Program-made: the position numbers and the translations under genes
Virus record (IMG/VR): IMGVR_UViG_3300001796_000002
Direction: 5' to 3' (one strand)
DNA: 64,000 nt
Source: a virus
Shown: in pieces, positions 1-8,112 of the stretch
How positions within the stretch are numbered: position 1 is the first letter of the stretch
Layout of the letters: every line of letters begins with the position of its first letter
The notes under the pieces: generated by a model
The model's database searches: none
Told to the model about the DNA's origin: nothing
What the model saw: the letters and a program-made list of their open reading frames with translations, nothing else

Positions 1-2
1 CT

Positions 3-611
3 ACAGCCGCAGCTTTAACAAACGCAGCCACAAAAGCCGGTACGGATATATTCAATTCCATCTTATCAAAAAATGGAGTATCTCCATCTTTTTTTTCTAC
101 GTTCAAATTGTTGTCTTTTTTAGATAACAGTACATCACAGTGGAAAAGTAGACTTGCGAAACTTCGTGAGTTTACACCTGAAGGACGCATTTTATTCTAC
201 ATTGATAAGATGCAGAATAACCAACCGTTTCATGGTTCCTGTGTTCAATATGCAGAACTGTTCGGCACTTCGTATGACGGTAAATCCGGTTTGGATGATC
301 GAGGTAAGGTATCGGTTGAACTATTAGAAGTGTTTAACCTACTTGCAGACGAAAAATATTTTCGTGGCAAAGAAACTGCTACGGATGGTCATACTTATCA
401 GCGTGCTAGAATTTTGAATCGCTTGGACATTGCTCCTGACTATGCTGCTGTTGTGCAAAAGAGACAAGCAGCATCGAGGTCTAACCTGGAAATTGCCAAA
501 ATAACCCCGGAAGGTGTTCCCGATAGCAATAGCAACATGATCTATATTCTTGTCGCCCTGGTTGTTATAGGTATCATCGCTTTTATTGTTTCAAAATCAA
601 AAAAGGCATAA
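3..611 (+). CDS. Putative virion membrane protein with C-terminal TM anchor (5' truncated by the window edge)
   Basis: Ends MIYILVALVVIGIIAFIVSKSKKA; full copy at 19442..20071. Confidence 0.75.
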   Translation, partial: TAAALTNAATKAGTDIFNSILSKNGVSPSFFSTFKLLSFLDNSTSQWKSRLAKLREFTPEGRILFYIDKMQNNQPFHGSCVQYAELFGTSYDGKSGLDDRGKVSVELLEVFNLLADEKYFRGKETATDGHTYQRARILNRLDIAPDYAAVVQKRQAASRSNLEIAKITPEGVPDSNSNMIYILVALVVIGIIAFIVSKSKKA

Positions 612-612
612 G

Positions 613-1245
613 ATGAATTTGATTAAAGGACTTGCAACGCTTACTGATCTGCTGCGCAATGAATACATTAGTTTGTTCAACAGAGCGCAAGTAAAGCCTA
701 CGAGTATTTCAAAGGTAGAAACGGCTTACAGACAACTTGTATCCAATAAAGCACGCTATGAAGCTGTTGCCAATGCTTTTAAACTGCCTGGTGTACCCTG
801 GTATCTTATTGGTTGTATTCATATGCGTGAATCTTCATTTCGTTTTACCGGTCATCTTCACAATGGTGATCCGCTTACAGCGAAGACAAAAAATGTTCCA
901 TCAGGTAGACCATTGAACAGTCCTAAAGCAGGTATTGGTAAGCCATATACCTGGGAAGAATCTGCAATTGATGCTATTAGTTTAAAGTTATCCGGATCAC
1001 CTTCATGGTACAATTATAAAAATGATAAAAGCACCGCAAGCCTGTTGAATAAATTAGAGGCTTTCAACGGTGCCGGTTATCGTAATAAAAATATTCCTTC
1101 CCCTTATCTGTGGGCAGATAGTACCATTCAAGTGCCTGGAAAGTTTGTAGCAGATGGACAATTTAATCCGTCTGTAGTTGATCAGCAGTTAGGAGCCGGT
1201 ACGCTACTTAAATACTTCCTAGAACAGGAAGCAAAAAAAAAATAG
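613..1245 (+). CDS. Lysozyme-family peptidoglycan hydrolase (COG5526-like)
   Basis: Motifs IHMRES, HLHNGDPL, WEESAIDA, LEAFNGAGY, SPYLWA, GKFVADG. ATG 613 follows the upstream TAA at 609-611. A -1 frame TM extension runs to 1328. Confidence 0.8.
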   Translation: MNLIKGLATLTDLLRNEYISLFNRAQVKPTSISKVETAYRQLVSNKARYEAVANAFKLPGVPWYLIGCIHMRESSFRFTGHLHNGDPLTAKTKNVPSGRPLNSPKAGIGKPYTWEESAIDAISLKLSGSPSWYNYKNDKSTASLLNKLEAFNGAGYRNKNIPSPYLWADSTIQVPGKFVADGQFNPSVVDQQLGAGTLLKYFLEQEAKKK

Positions 1246-1327
1246 CAGCCCCGTGGCTTGGCTTCTTAATTATGGCTATGCTGTTTCTGATCGTGTTTCT
1301 TTTTTTATCACGGGTCAATAAAAAGTA

Positions 1328-1717
1328 ATGGCAGATGTACATCAAATATTCAACGACACCACAAAAGACCTGCTGTTTGCAATCCTGACAGCATTAGGAG
1401 GCTCTATGATTGACGTTAAAGGAATTTATCATGATTCGAGAGATGACCTCTTATACGCGATACTAGAGCGTTTGGACGGTACCGCAGGACTGGTAAAAAA
1501 GGTTGCTGTATTTACAGTGATTTCTAATATTGAAAACCGGTTTGTTTCAAACTACCAAAATATTGTAGGTGCTAACGGTGTACTGATTAATATCGGTAGC
1601 CAATTTGTTGATACCTCTATAACAGACAACCGTTACGCTTTACCTAACCTGGAAACCGGTGATATTGATTTCCCGCCCTTGTATCAAGGTGAACAAGTAA
1701 TCATTTTAAAATACTGA
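1328..1717 (+). CDS. Hypothetical structural protein (possible spike base/penton)
   Basis: 129 aa directly upstream of the spike gene, with duplicated DLL(F/Y)AIL helices and a beta-rich C-terminus. Confidence 0.6.
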   Translation: MADVHQIFNDTTKDLLFAILTALGGSMIDVKGIYHDSRDDLLYAILERLDGTAGLVKKVAVFTVISNIENRFVSNYQNIVGANGVLINIGSQFVDTSITDNRYALPNLETGDIDFPPLYQGEQVIILKY

Positions 1718-1719
1718 TC

Positions 1720-4700
1720 ATGAAAAGAATTTTGTTGATCCTAACCATGGCTATCAACGCATTTTTTTGCGTTATGGTCCATGGACAAACTGTACCTACT
1801 GAGCAACCGCAACGTGTACAGCATCCATACTACCAGTATGATGGATTTATTGAAGCAAAAAAAGGGATTTTGTTACCACGTAGGATAGCAAACTTTACAC
1901 CTAAATCACCGGTGCTTATTTATGATACGGTGTCGGGAAAAGTGTCTGTTTACTTTGGTGGGTGGAAGTCATTCCAGAATGTGGCATATACATCGGACTA
2001 CAACGATCTTATCAACCGTCCTGATCTTACTCAGTATGTTCCTACGAGTAGAACAATCAACGGTTATTCACTAACAAGCAATATCACCATAAACAAAGTG
2101 GATATTGGCTTAGGTAATGTTCAGAATGTTGATGTAACAAATGCAGGTAACATTACATCAGGCACTTTGTCCGATGCTAGGCTATCAGCCAATGTTACAT
2201 TACAAGGGAATACATTCAACGGTGCAAATCAGTTGTTACAATTGGATGCCGGTGGTAAGGTCGCTTACGCTAACTTACCGGCTTCACTGATGATCTATAA
2301 GGGTGTTTGGGATGCTTCAACAAATACACCAACGCTTGCAGATGGATCAGGAGTGAATGGATGGGTGTATCGTGTGCATCCGGGGGGTACTGTAAATTTT
2401 GGTTCCGGTAACATCACATTTTTATCAGGGGACTATGTTATTTATAATGGATCAGTTTGGCAGAAAAGTGCCGGTGGTGATGCTGTAACATCTGTCAATG
2501 GTCAACAAGGTGTAGTTGTGTTAACTACTGCAAATATTGCGGAAGGTGGAACAAACTACTACTATACAAACACACGGGTACAAACATTTGGTGATACTAG
2601 GTATAGTCTGCTCAATCATGAACACGTCTATTCTGATATTGCTAATCTCAGCAGTTACACGGGTTTTGATGTTAGATACAAACCTATCAGTTATGTTCCT
2701 GCATGGTCTGAAATCACAGGTAAGCCATCATTTGCGACAGTAGCAATAAGTGGATCTTATACTGATTTAAGCGGAACGCCCACACTTGGTTCATTATCTG
2801 CACTCAGTAGTATTGGCAACACATATATCACAGATGTAGCCTGGTCAAAAGTAACCGGTGCTCCATCTTTTTTAACTACTGAAAATGATCCTGTTTATAC
2901 TGCATCATCATGGTATAGCACTACTAATAATGCAAGCAACTGGAATACAGCTTATGCATGGGGCAACTATGCGAATCGTACACTTACAATCAATGGCACA
3001 ACCTATGATCTTTCAACCAACAGATCGTGGTCTGTTGGAACTGTAACAGGAACAGGTACTTCTGGTAATATACCTCTTTGGAATAATGCTAGTGATATTG
3101 GAAATAGTGTAATGGTACAAAGTGGTGGGGCTATCTATAATTACGGAAGATTTCATGGACATACTGGAAATACTGGAACATCATATAGTAATATGCAGAT
3201 AGAAGCATATAGCTCATCAGGCGCTACTGGTGTAGCAGGTTATTCGTTTCATATTGGAGGCTTTACTGCACAATCTTTGTATCTAACAGCAAGTGGAAAT
3301 GTAACTTTAAGCACTGGTTTAAATATACAAGGTGCTGCATCTATCTCTGGTTCAACTTCAATATCTGGTCCTGCAAATATTACTGGAACTATACATGCTA
3401 ATCAGGCGGGTGCAAATATTCGTCTTTACTCGGATGGCACAACAGCAAACGATGGTTTTGTGGGGGTTTCTGGTAGCAATATATACTTAACAAATTGGAA
3501 TGGAACAAGGGGGGTTACTATTGGAGCTGATAACGCAGGTTTTACTCATTCTGTAACAGCTGCAAACTTAGTAAACTCAAAAGGCTTTAGCGCATTAAAT
3601 AAATCATCAAGTTCAGCAAATGATGTTGTTACAGTTTATGCTCCAACAGGTGCAAGTTATTCTGATGATGGTAGTACGGGCGCAATTAAAATAAGACTTC
3701 CATTTAAGGCAGCGAACCCTATGTGGACAATGAAAGTCAGAATTTACAACTATTCTACTCACCAAACTTCTGAATATCTTTTAGGAAACTATTCTTATTC
3801 TGATGGCGGTTATAATTATTCCGCTTCATTTTCTGGTGGTTCTAATGCCTCTCCACTAACTGTAAGATTTGGTAATGATGGAACGTATGATTGCGTATGG
3901 ATTGGTGAAACAAATACTGTTTGGACATATCCAGTAATTAGTGTTGTTGATTACACTGCTGGATTTAGATCAGCTGGTGTATTTCAAGCTAAAGATTGGA
4001 ATATATCCATAGTAACATCTTTTGGCACTGTGGCAGTTGCCACAAGTCCAGCCATTCGATTCTCAGATGTATATGCTTCATCGTTTAATGGTTCTGCATC
4101 AGGTTTAACAGGTACAGCTAGTAGTTTGACTGCTGGTAATAGTAACGGGTTAGGAGGATACTCTGTTAACTTAACTTCAAACGGAACAACTATTTCAAAC
4201 ACATTAATAGGTTTTGAAAGCGGTGTTATAAAACCATTTGCTTCTGGAGCAGTACAATCATTCTTAGGTCTTGGTTCTGCTGCATATACTGCAAGTTCTG
4301 CATATGAAGTACCTCTATCATTTTCAACTGGACTTAACAGAAGTGGCAACACTATCACAAATACGGGTGTAACTTCTTTAACTGGAACATCGAACCAAAT
4401 TGCGGTATCAGCTGCTACAGGATCAGTTACAGTAAGTCTTACCAACAATGTTGTAATACCAGGCACAATCACATCATCTGCTAGTTATGAAAGTTCAGAC
4501 CGTAGGTTAAAACGAGCATTATCCGGAACAAGGTTAATTGGTCAAATTGAATCGCTCCAGGCTCGGTTATATGTAAAGGATGGAAGGGATGAGTACGGAT
4601 ATTACGCTCAGGATGCACTGAAAATTATCCCTACAGCCGTAAAGCAGAGAGCAGATGGCTATTATGATCTGTCCTACACTCAGGTGTTCGTTGTAAAAAT

Positions 4701-4764
4701 TGCATCACTTGAAAAACGTGTAGCGGAACTGGAAACATTACTTAAAAAAATCTACGGAAAATGA
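1720..4764 (+). CDS. Fibre/spike (receptor-binding) protein with N-terminal signal peptide and C-terminal peptidase S74-type intramolecular chaperone
   Basis: 1014 aa, G/S/T/N-rich. Fibre repeats WSEITGKPSF/WSKVTGAPSF and YNDLINRP/YTDLSGTP. C-terminal SDRRLK...GYYAQD...LSY...LEKRVAELE. Confidence 0.85.
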   Translation: MKRILLILTMAINAFFCVMVHGQTVPTEQPQRVQHPYYQYDGFIEAKKGILLPRRIANFTPKSPVLIYDTVSGKVSVYFGGWKSFQNVAYTSDYNDLINRPDLTQYVPTSRTINGYSLTSNITINKVDIGLGNVQNVDVTNAGNITSGTLSDARLSANVTLQGNTFNGANQLLQLDAGGKVAYANLPASLMIYKGVWDASTNTPTLADGSGVNGWVYRVHPGGTVNFGSGNITFLSGDYVIYNGSVWQKSAGGDAVTSVNGQQGVVVLTTANIAEGGTNYYYTNTRVQTFGDTRYSLLNHEHVYSDIANLSSYTGFDVRYKPISYVPAWSEITGKPSFATVAISGSYTDLSGTPTLGSLSALSSIGNTYITDVAWSKVTGAPSFLTTENDPVYTASSWYSTTNNASNWNTAYAWGNYANRTLTINGTTYDLSTNRSWSVGTVTGTGTSGNIPLWNNASDIGNSVMVQSGGAIYNYGRFHGHTGNTGTSYSNMQIEAYSSSGATGVAGYSFHIGGFTAQSLYLTASGNVTLSTGLNIQGAASISGSTSISGPANITGTIHANQAGANIRLYSDGTTANDGFVGVSGSNIYLTNWNGTRGVTIGADNAGFTHSVTAANLVNSKGFSALNKSSSSANDVVTVYAPTGASYSDDGSTGAIKIRLPFKAANPMWTMKVRIYNYSTHQTSEYLLGNYSYSDGGYNYSASFSGGSNASPLTVRFGNDGTYDCVWIGETNTVWTYPVISVVDYTAGFRSAGVFQAKDWNISIVTSFGTVAVATSPAIRFSDVYASSFNGSASGLTGTASSLTAGNSNGLGGYSVNLTSNGTTISNTLIGFESGVIKPFASGAVQSFLGLGSAAYTASSAYEVPLSFSTGLNRSGNTITNTGVTSLTGTSNQIAVSAATGSVTVSLTNNVVIPGTITSSASYESSDRRLKRALSGTRLIGQIESLQARLYVKDGRDEYGYYAQDALKIIPTAVKQRADGYYDLSYTQVFVVKIASLEKRVAELETLLKKIYGK

Positions 4765-5435
4765 AAAAGCTAATCACGATCTGTGCGCTGATCCTGATCA
4801 CTGCACTATGTTCATTCACCACTCACTTTTTCTCCTGGGCATCACTTGCAAGCAATCAACATATTTCGCTGAATAACTTGAAGGATGCAGTAGACAATGG
4901 CGTATTCAACTTAAAAAATGCGATACCTGCCGGCACGAAGCTGATTACAAAAAATGATGCAGTGTACTACGTGTACCTGAATGAATCCTATTCCCCATAT
5001 GCAGGTAAAGCAAGCAATCAGCATGTAACAAAATCTGATCTGCAAGCAAATACAACTTATACACTTCATGTCTACGGTGTACCTGGTGTTGGTTGTCAAG
5101 ATGCTGTATTATGGCTAGTGGCTAACACTACCGTTCCATGCGATGCATCATTACAGTTTGATTGGTGTGCAGATAATGGTTCAACAGGTACACATACACT
5201 TACGATCCCATCCGGACAAACATCTGTAAGCCTTAACGTGAATACCGGTGATTATGGCGGTACCGGTTGCGTTGGTACGGATGTTCGCATCAAACCCAAC
5301 AGTTTATCATTTAGCAATACCTGTAGTCCCGATCCACACACTTGGCGTGTTACATCGGATACATGGGATAATGGATGTAACTATTCGCTACCGGCAAGTA
5401 CACAAGTGATCTGTGTAAAAGGTTGCCCTATTTAA
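4761..5435 (+). CDS. Secreted fibre-associated protein with Cys-rich C-terminal domain
   Basis: Signal-like MKKLITICALILITALCSF; duplicated ASNQH motif; 8 Cys in the C-terminal half; ATGA overlap with the spike stop. Confidence 0.7.
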   Translation: MKKLITICALILITALCSFTTHFFSWASLASNQHISLNNLKDAVDNGVFNLKNAIPAGTKLITKNDAVYYVYLNESYSPYAGKASNQHVTKSDLQANTTYTLHVYGVPGVGCQDAVLWLVANTTVPCDASLQFDWCADNGSTGTHTLTIPSGQTSVSLNVNTGDYGGTGCVGTDVRIKPNSLSFSNTCSPDPHTWRVTSDTWDNGCNYSLPASTQVICVKGCPI

Positions 5436-5459
5436 TGTAAATTTTAAAACCATCATAAC

Positions 5460-5843
5460 ATGAAAAGAACAATTTTATTGACAGCATTAGCAAGCGTTTC
5501 ACTGGCCACAATCGCACAAAAAGTAGAGCCTGTAAAATCTGCACCAGCAACGGCTGTACAGGCTGCAAAAACCAACACAACAGATACTTTGGTGATCGAG
5601 AAAGTGAAGTTTATCAAAATCGGTGAAAAGGTATTTTCAGTTGCAGACCTGGGCAATCCTGGCAACGTTGCACTGATTGTACCCATCGAGTGGATCGCAG
5701 AAAATTATGAGTACCTGGATAATTCCAGTGGTGGCTATTCAAAGAAGCAATTAGAGCAGCTACAGAAGCCATTGGCACCATGGTACCGGTATTATGTTGA
5801 CTGGCTACAGCAGCAAAGACAACAAGCGAAAAAGCAGGAGTGA
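5460..5843 (+). CDS. Secreted hypothetical protein
   Basis: Signal-like MKRTILLTALASVSLATIAQ; last gene before a terminator. Confidence 0.7.
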   Translation: MKRTILLTALASVSLATIAQKVEPVKSAPATAVQAAKTNTTDTLVIEKVKFIKIGEKVFSVADLGNPGNVALIVPIEWIAENYEYLDNSSGGYSKKQLEQLQKPLAPWYRYYVDWLQQQRQQAKKQE

Positions 5844-5866
5844 GTTCAGTTGGTTTCTCACCTGCG

Positions 5867-5895
5867 GCGGTGCTACCCGGTAGTACCGCTTTTTT
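5867..5895 (+). terminator. Rho-independent terminator of the structural operon
   Basis: gcggtgcta-cccgg-tagtaccgc followed by T6. Confidence 0.75.
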
Positions 5896-6071
5896 ATTTG
5901 ATAGGATCCTGAATGTAACCACTAATTGTGCGTTGCTGCAGCAACATAAAAAAAGCAGATGCGGGATCCCAAATTTGGAAGTTTCAGAATTATCACTACT
6001 TTTATACCGCAACAGAATACTCAAGGGTGGTAACGCCCGATTTTGTGGGCTTTTTTTATGCCCTCACCCAT

Positions 6072-6158
6072 AAGCGGTGTCATACCCCCGTTAACCGGTT
6101 GTAATGACCGGTTTCAGCCCTTGAGTGGACTGTTGCAACGGGAAAGGTGGCACCGCTT
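6072..6158 (+). ncRNA. Candidate structured regulatory RNA (architecture like C4/CI antisense RNAs)
   Basis: Outer stem aagcggtgtca/tggcaccgctt, inner cccgtt/aacggg, and two hairpins (aaccggt/accggtt; cagccc/ggactg). Confidence 0.45.
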
Positions 6159-6193
6159 TTAATTCGCCCCTATAAGCAAAAAAACACTCATTT

Positions 6194-6445
6194 ATGAACA
6201 ACCCACAAAGAAACCTGAGTACAAAGGAAAATTCCTTACAGGTATTGACACCCGAAATGCAACGTCTTGTCAAGGGTCTTGACCTGATGCCGCTCGAAGA
6301 TTTACCTTTTCATTTACGTGCTGTGCATGATCATGTGGTTCACCATTCGACCACAGATTTGGATGAAAATCTACGCACATCATTGTATCACTTAAACTGG
6401 CTTGCTATGGAACTACATGGAGCGCATGTAATGGCAGGTAAGTAA
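6194..6445 (+). CDS. Small hypothetical protein downstream of the structured RNA (possible antirepressor-module gene)
   Basis: 83 aa with an A-rich leader and a terminator downstream. Confidence 0.6.
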   Translation: MNNPQRNLSTKENSLQVLTPEMQRLVKGLDLMPLEDLPFHLRAVHDHVVHHSTTDLDENLRTSLYHLNWLAMELHGAHVMAGK

Positions 6446-6472
6446 TTTTTTATTTACTTATCCCCCCAAAGT

Positions 6473-6499
6473 AAAGCCCTACCCCAAAGGGCTTTTTTT
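6473..6499 (+). terminator. Intrinsic terminator between convergent genes
   Basis: aaagccct-accccaa-agggcttt plus T-run. Confidence 0.7.
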
Positions 6500-6504
6500 A
6501 TGCC

Positions 6505-7575
6505 CTATATCACTGGAAAATTATTGATCAATTGTACACAATCTTCCACCCCTAAACTTTTTAAATATTCATCGAAGACTTTTAAGTCACTATGCCCTTT
6601 CTGCAACTGTAGCTGTTTATGTGGTATGCCACTCATAGCGCTTTCCCTGATACCGGTGTGAACCCATGAATAAAATCCATACCGATTTGAAATATTGAGT
6701 TGGTCTAATATTTTACGATGCCGCTTTGTAAGGTTATTCATAGATAACATTTGTGAACCAGGTTGACCGTGTTTTGAAAATATAAACCATTCAGATGGAT
6801 AGCCCCTGAACTTATTTATAATGTCTTGCATCGGTACCGGTATTGCTTTACGCAAAACATCATCATCCTTTGTTATGCGCACACCGGCTTCAACTCTCAT
6901 TTCATCGAACAGAATATTTTCGATCCTTAACTGTCTGATCTCAGCAGGTCGGAAAAAAAGATAATACTGAAACAATATCGCATCCCATAACTGCGGGTCT
7001 TGTTCGATTACTTTTTCTTTGATGGTTGCAACCTGATTAGGGTGGAAGGGTAGTAGACTCTGAGATTTTAATTTCTTCACCTTTATTCCCTCGAACGGAT
7101 TGTGTGGGTATCTCAGTTGTTTGACAAGGTCTTTAAACAAACAGCCTAAAAATATTTTTGCTTTCAGAATATAATTATTGTGATAATCCTGCTCATACAT
7201 GAATCGAATGTACTCAGCCGGTGATATATCCGGTTTTTTTGCCTTTGCCGGTCTATACCATTCAGAGAACTTTTTCAAGTGAGAAAAATAGCATTGGTAC
7301 GATTTTTTGGCTAGGGATGGTCGTTTGTATTCCAATGCTGCATCGAGATTACCAATCAGGTCGGTTCGTTGCCTGATTTCTACTCTCTGTGGGTCTGTTA
7401 ACTTTTTAATCAATTTGCGAGCTTCCCGCATCCGTTCGGCAACGGTAGAAAGTTTGTTCAACTTTCCATAAACTTTTTGTGGTCTTCCGGCTTTGTCCTG
7501 GTATTGAACAAACCAAGTTTTAGAAATGTCCCGACTTAGCGGATACAGTTTTGGAAAAAAATTTTTTTTATCCAT
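6505..7575 (-). CDS. int: Tyrosine recombinase / phage integrase
   Basis: FFRPAEI (Arg I), YSWVHTG box, GHS and C-terminal Tyr (DEYL); N-terminal arm-binding-like KTWFVQY; likely start ATG 7575. Confidence 0.9.
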   Translation of the reverse strand: MDKKNFFPKLYPLSRDISKTWFVQYQDKAGRPQKVYGKLNKLSTVAERMREARKLIKKLTDPQRVEIRQRTDLIGNLDAALEYKRPSLAKKSYQCYFSHLKKFSEWYRPAKAKKPDISPAEYIRFMYEQDYHNNYILKAKIFLGCLFKDLVKQLRYPHNPFEGIKVKKLKSQSLLPFHPNQVATIKEKVIEQDPQLWDAILFQYYLFFRPAEIRQLRIENILFDEMRVEAGVRITKDDDVLRKAIPVPMQDIINKFRGYPSEWFIFSKHGQPGSQMLSMNNLTKRHRKILDQLNISNRYGFYSWVHTGIRESAMSGIPHKQLQLQKGHSDLKVFDEYLKSLGVEDCVQLINNFPVI

Positions 7576-7672
7576 GATGAAAATTTCTGTGTGAAGCCCC
7601 TGCGAGCTGTACAGATAATCACGGACGGTTAACAATTAGTCTATGCCGTTCTATTCATAGACTTTCGGAAAT

Positions 7673-7701
7673 CTGAAACCCTTGCGAGACAAGGGTTTCA
7701 G
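7673..7701. terminator. Perfect 12-bp hairpin next to the att core
   Basis: ctgaaacccttg-cgaga-caagggtttcag, downstream of the tmRNA-like fragment on the minus strand. Confidence 0.65.
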
Positions 7702-7709
7702 CCGTTTCA

Positions 7710-7725
7710 GTGGAGTCGAGGGGAG
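7710..7725 (-). other. Putative attP core resembling the 3' end of tmRNA (ssrA)
   Basis: Minus strand CT-CCCCT-CGACTCC-A-C fits T-loop end, T-stem 3' strand, acceptor 3' strand with U70, and discriminator A. It lies between int and the repressor. Confidence 0.65.
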
Positions 7726-7790
7726 AACCACGACCCTGTGATTACCAACACCTTGCACATTCTATAGAATGATACAGAGCAAAATTTGTT

Positions 7791-8102
7791 CTACTTACTT
7801 TTTTCTGTTTTTAACTGCTGTTTCAGTTTCAATATTTCCTCCATTCGTTTGTGATCCTTTTCCAGTAATTCATAATACTTTTCTTTAAAGCCATCATCAG
7901 TGGAGTTTGTACCGGTACACTGAAAGAAGTCACATATTGTGCAACCCAATACAACAGCACATTTTTCTAATTTCTTGACGGACATAGTATCGTTCTTAAT
8001 TGCGGCAAAAAATCCCGTCTCAGTCATATCTATCAATACAGCTAATTTTTTGAGTGAAACCCTTTTGGAAGCTGCTATTTTCTTGAGTAAAGAATAATCC
8101 AT
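7791..8102 (-). CDS. XRE-family HTH repressor (CI-like, no peptidase domain)
   Basis: SLKKLAVLIDMTETGFFAAIKNDTMSVKKLEKCAVVLGCTICDFF plus a C-terminal coiled coil; divergent from the early operon. Confidence 0.8.
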   Translation of the reverse strand: MDYSLLKKIAASKRVSLKKLAVLIDMTETGFFAAIKNDTMSVKKLEKCAVVLGCTICDFFQCTGTNSTDDGFKEKYYELLEKDHKRMEEILKLKQQLKTEKSK

Positions 8103-8112
8103 AAAAAATAAT

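Noticed and set aside
3984-4472. 162-aa minus-strand ORF (and copies), plus other antisense ORFs such as 5453..5686, 5614..6024, 17359..17661, 18020..18271 and 19435..19650
   Set aside because: They are shadows of well-supported plus-strand genes, with no motifs or operon logic.
1720-4764. Diversity-generating retroelement target
   Set aside because: No reverse transcriptase and no template/variable repeat pair was seen in the unit.
5840-6073. 77-aa plus-strand ORF after the structural operon
   Set aside because: It runs through a terminator and regulatory hairpins, and the protein is implausible.
7700-7760. Possible complete tRNA or tmRNA gene
   Set aside because: Only a 16-nt 3' fragment is present, with no D or anticodon arms; treated as an att core.
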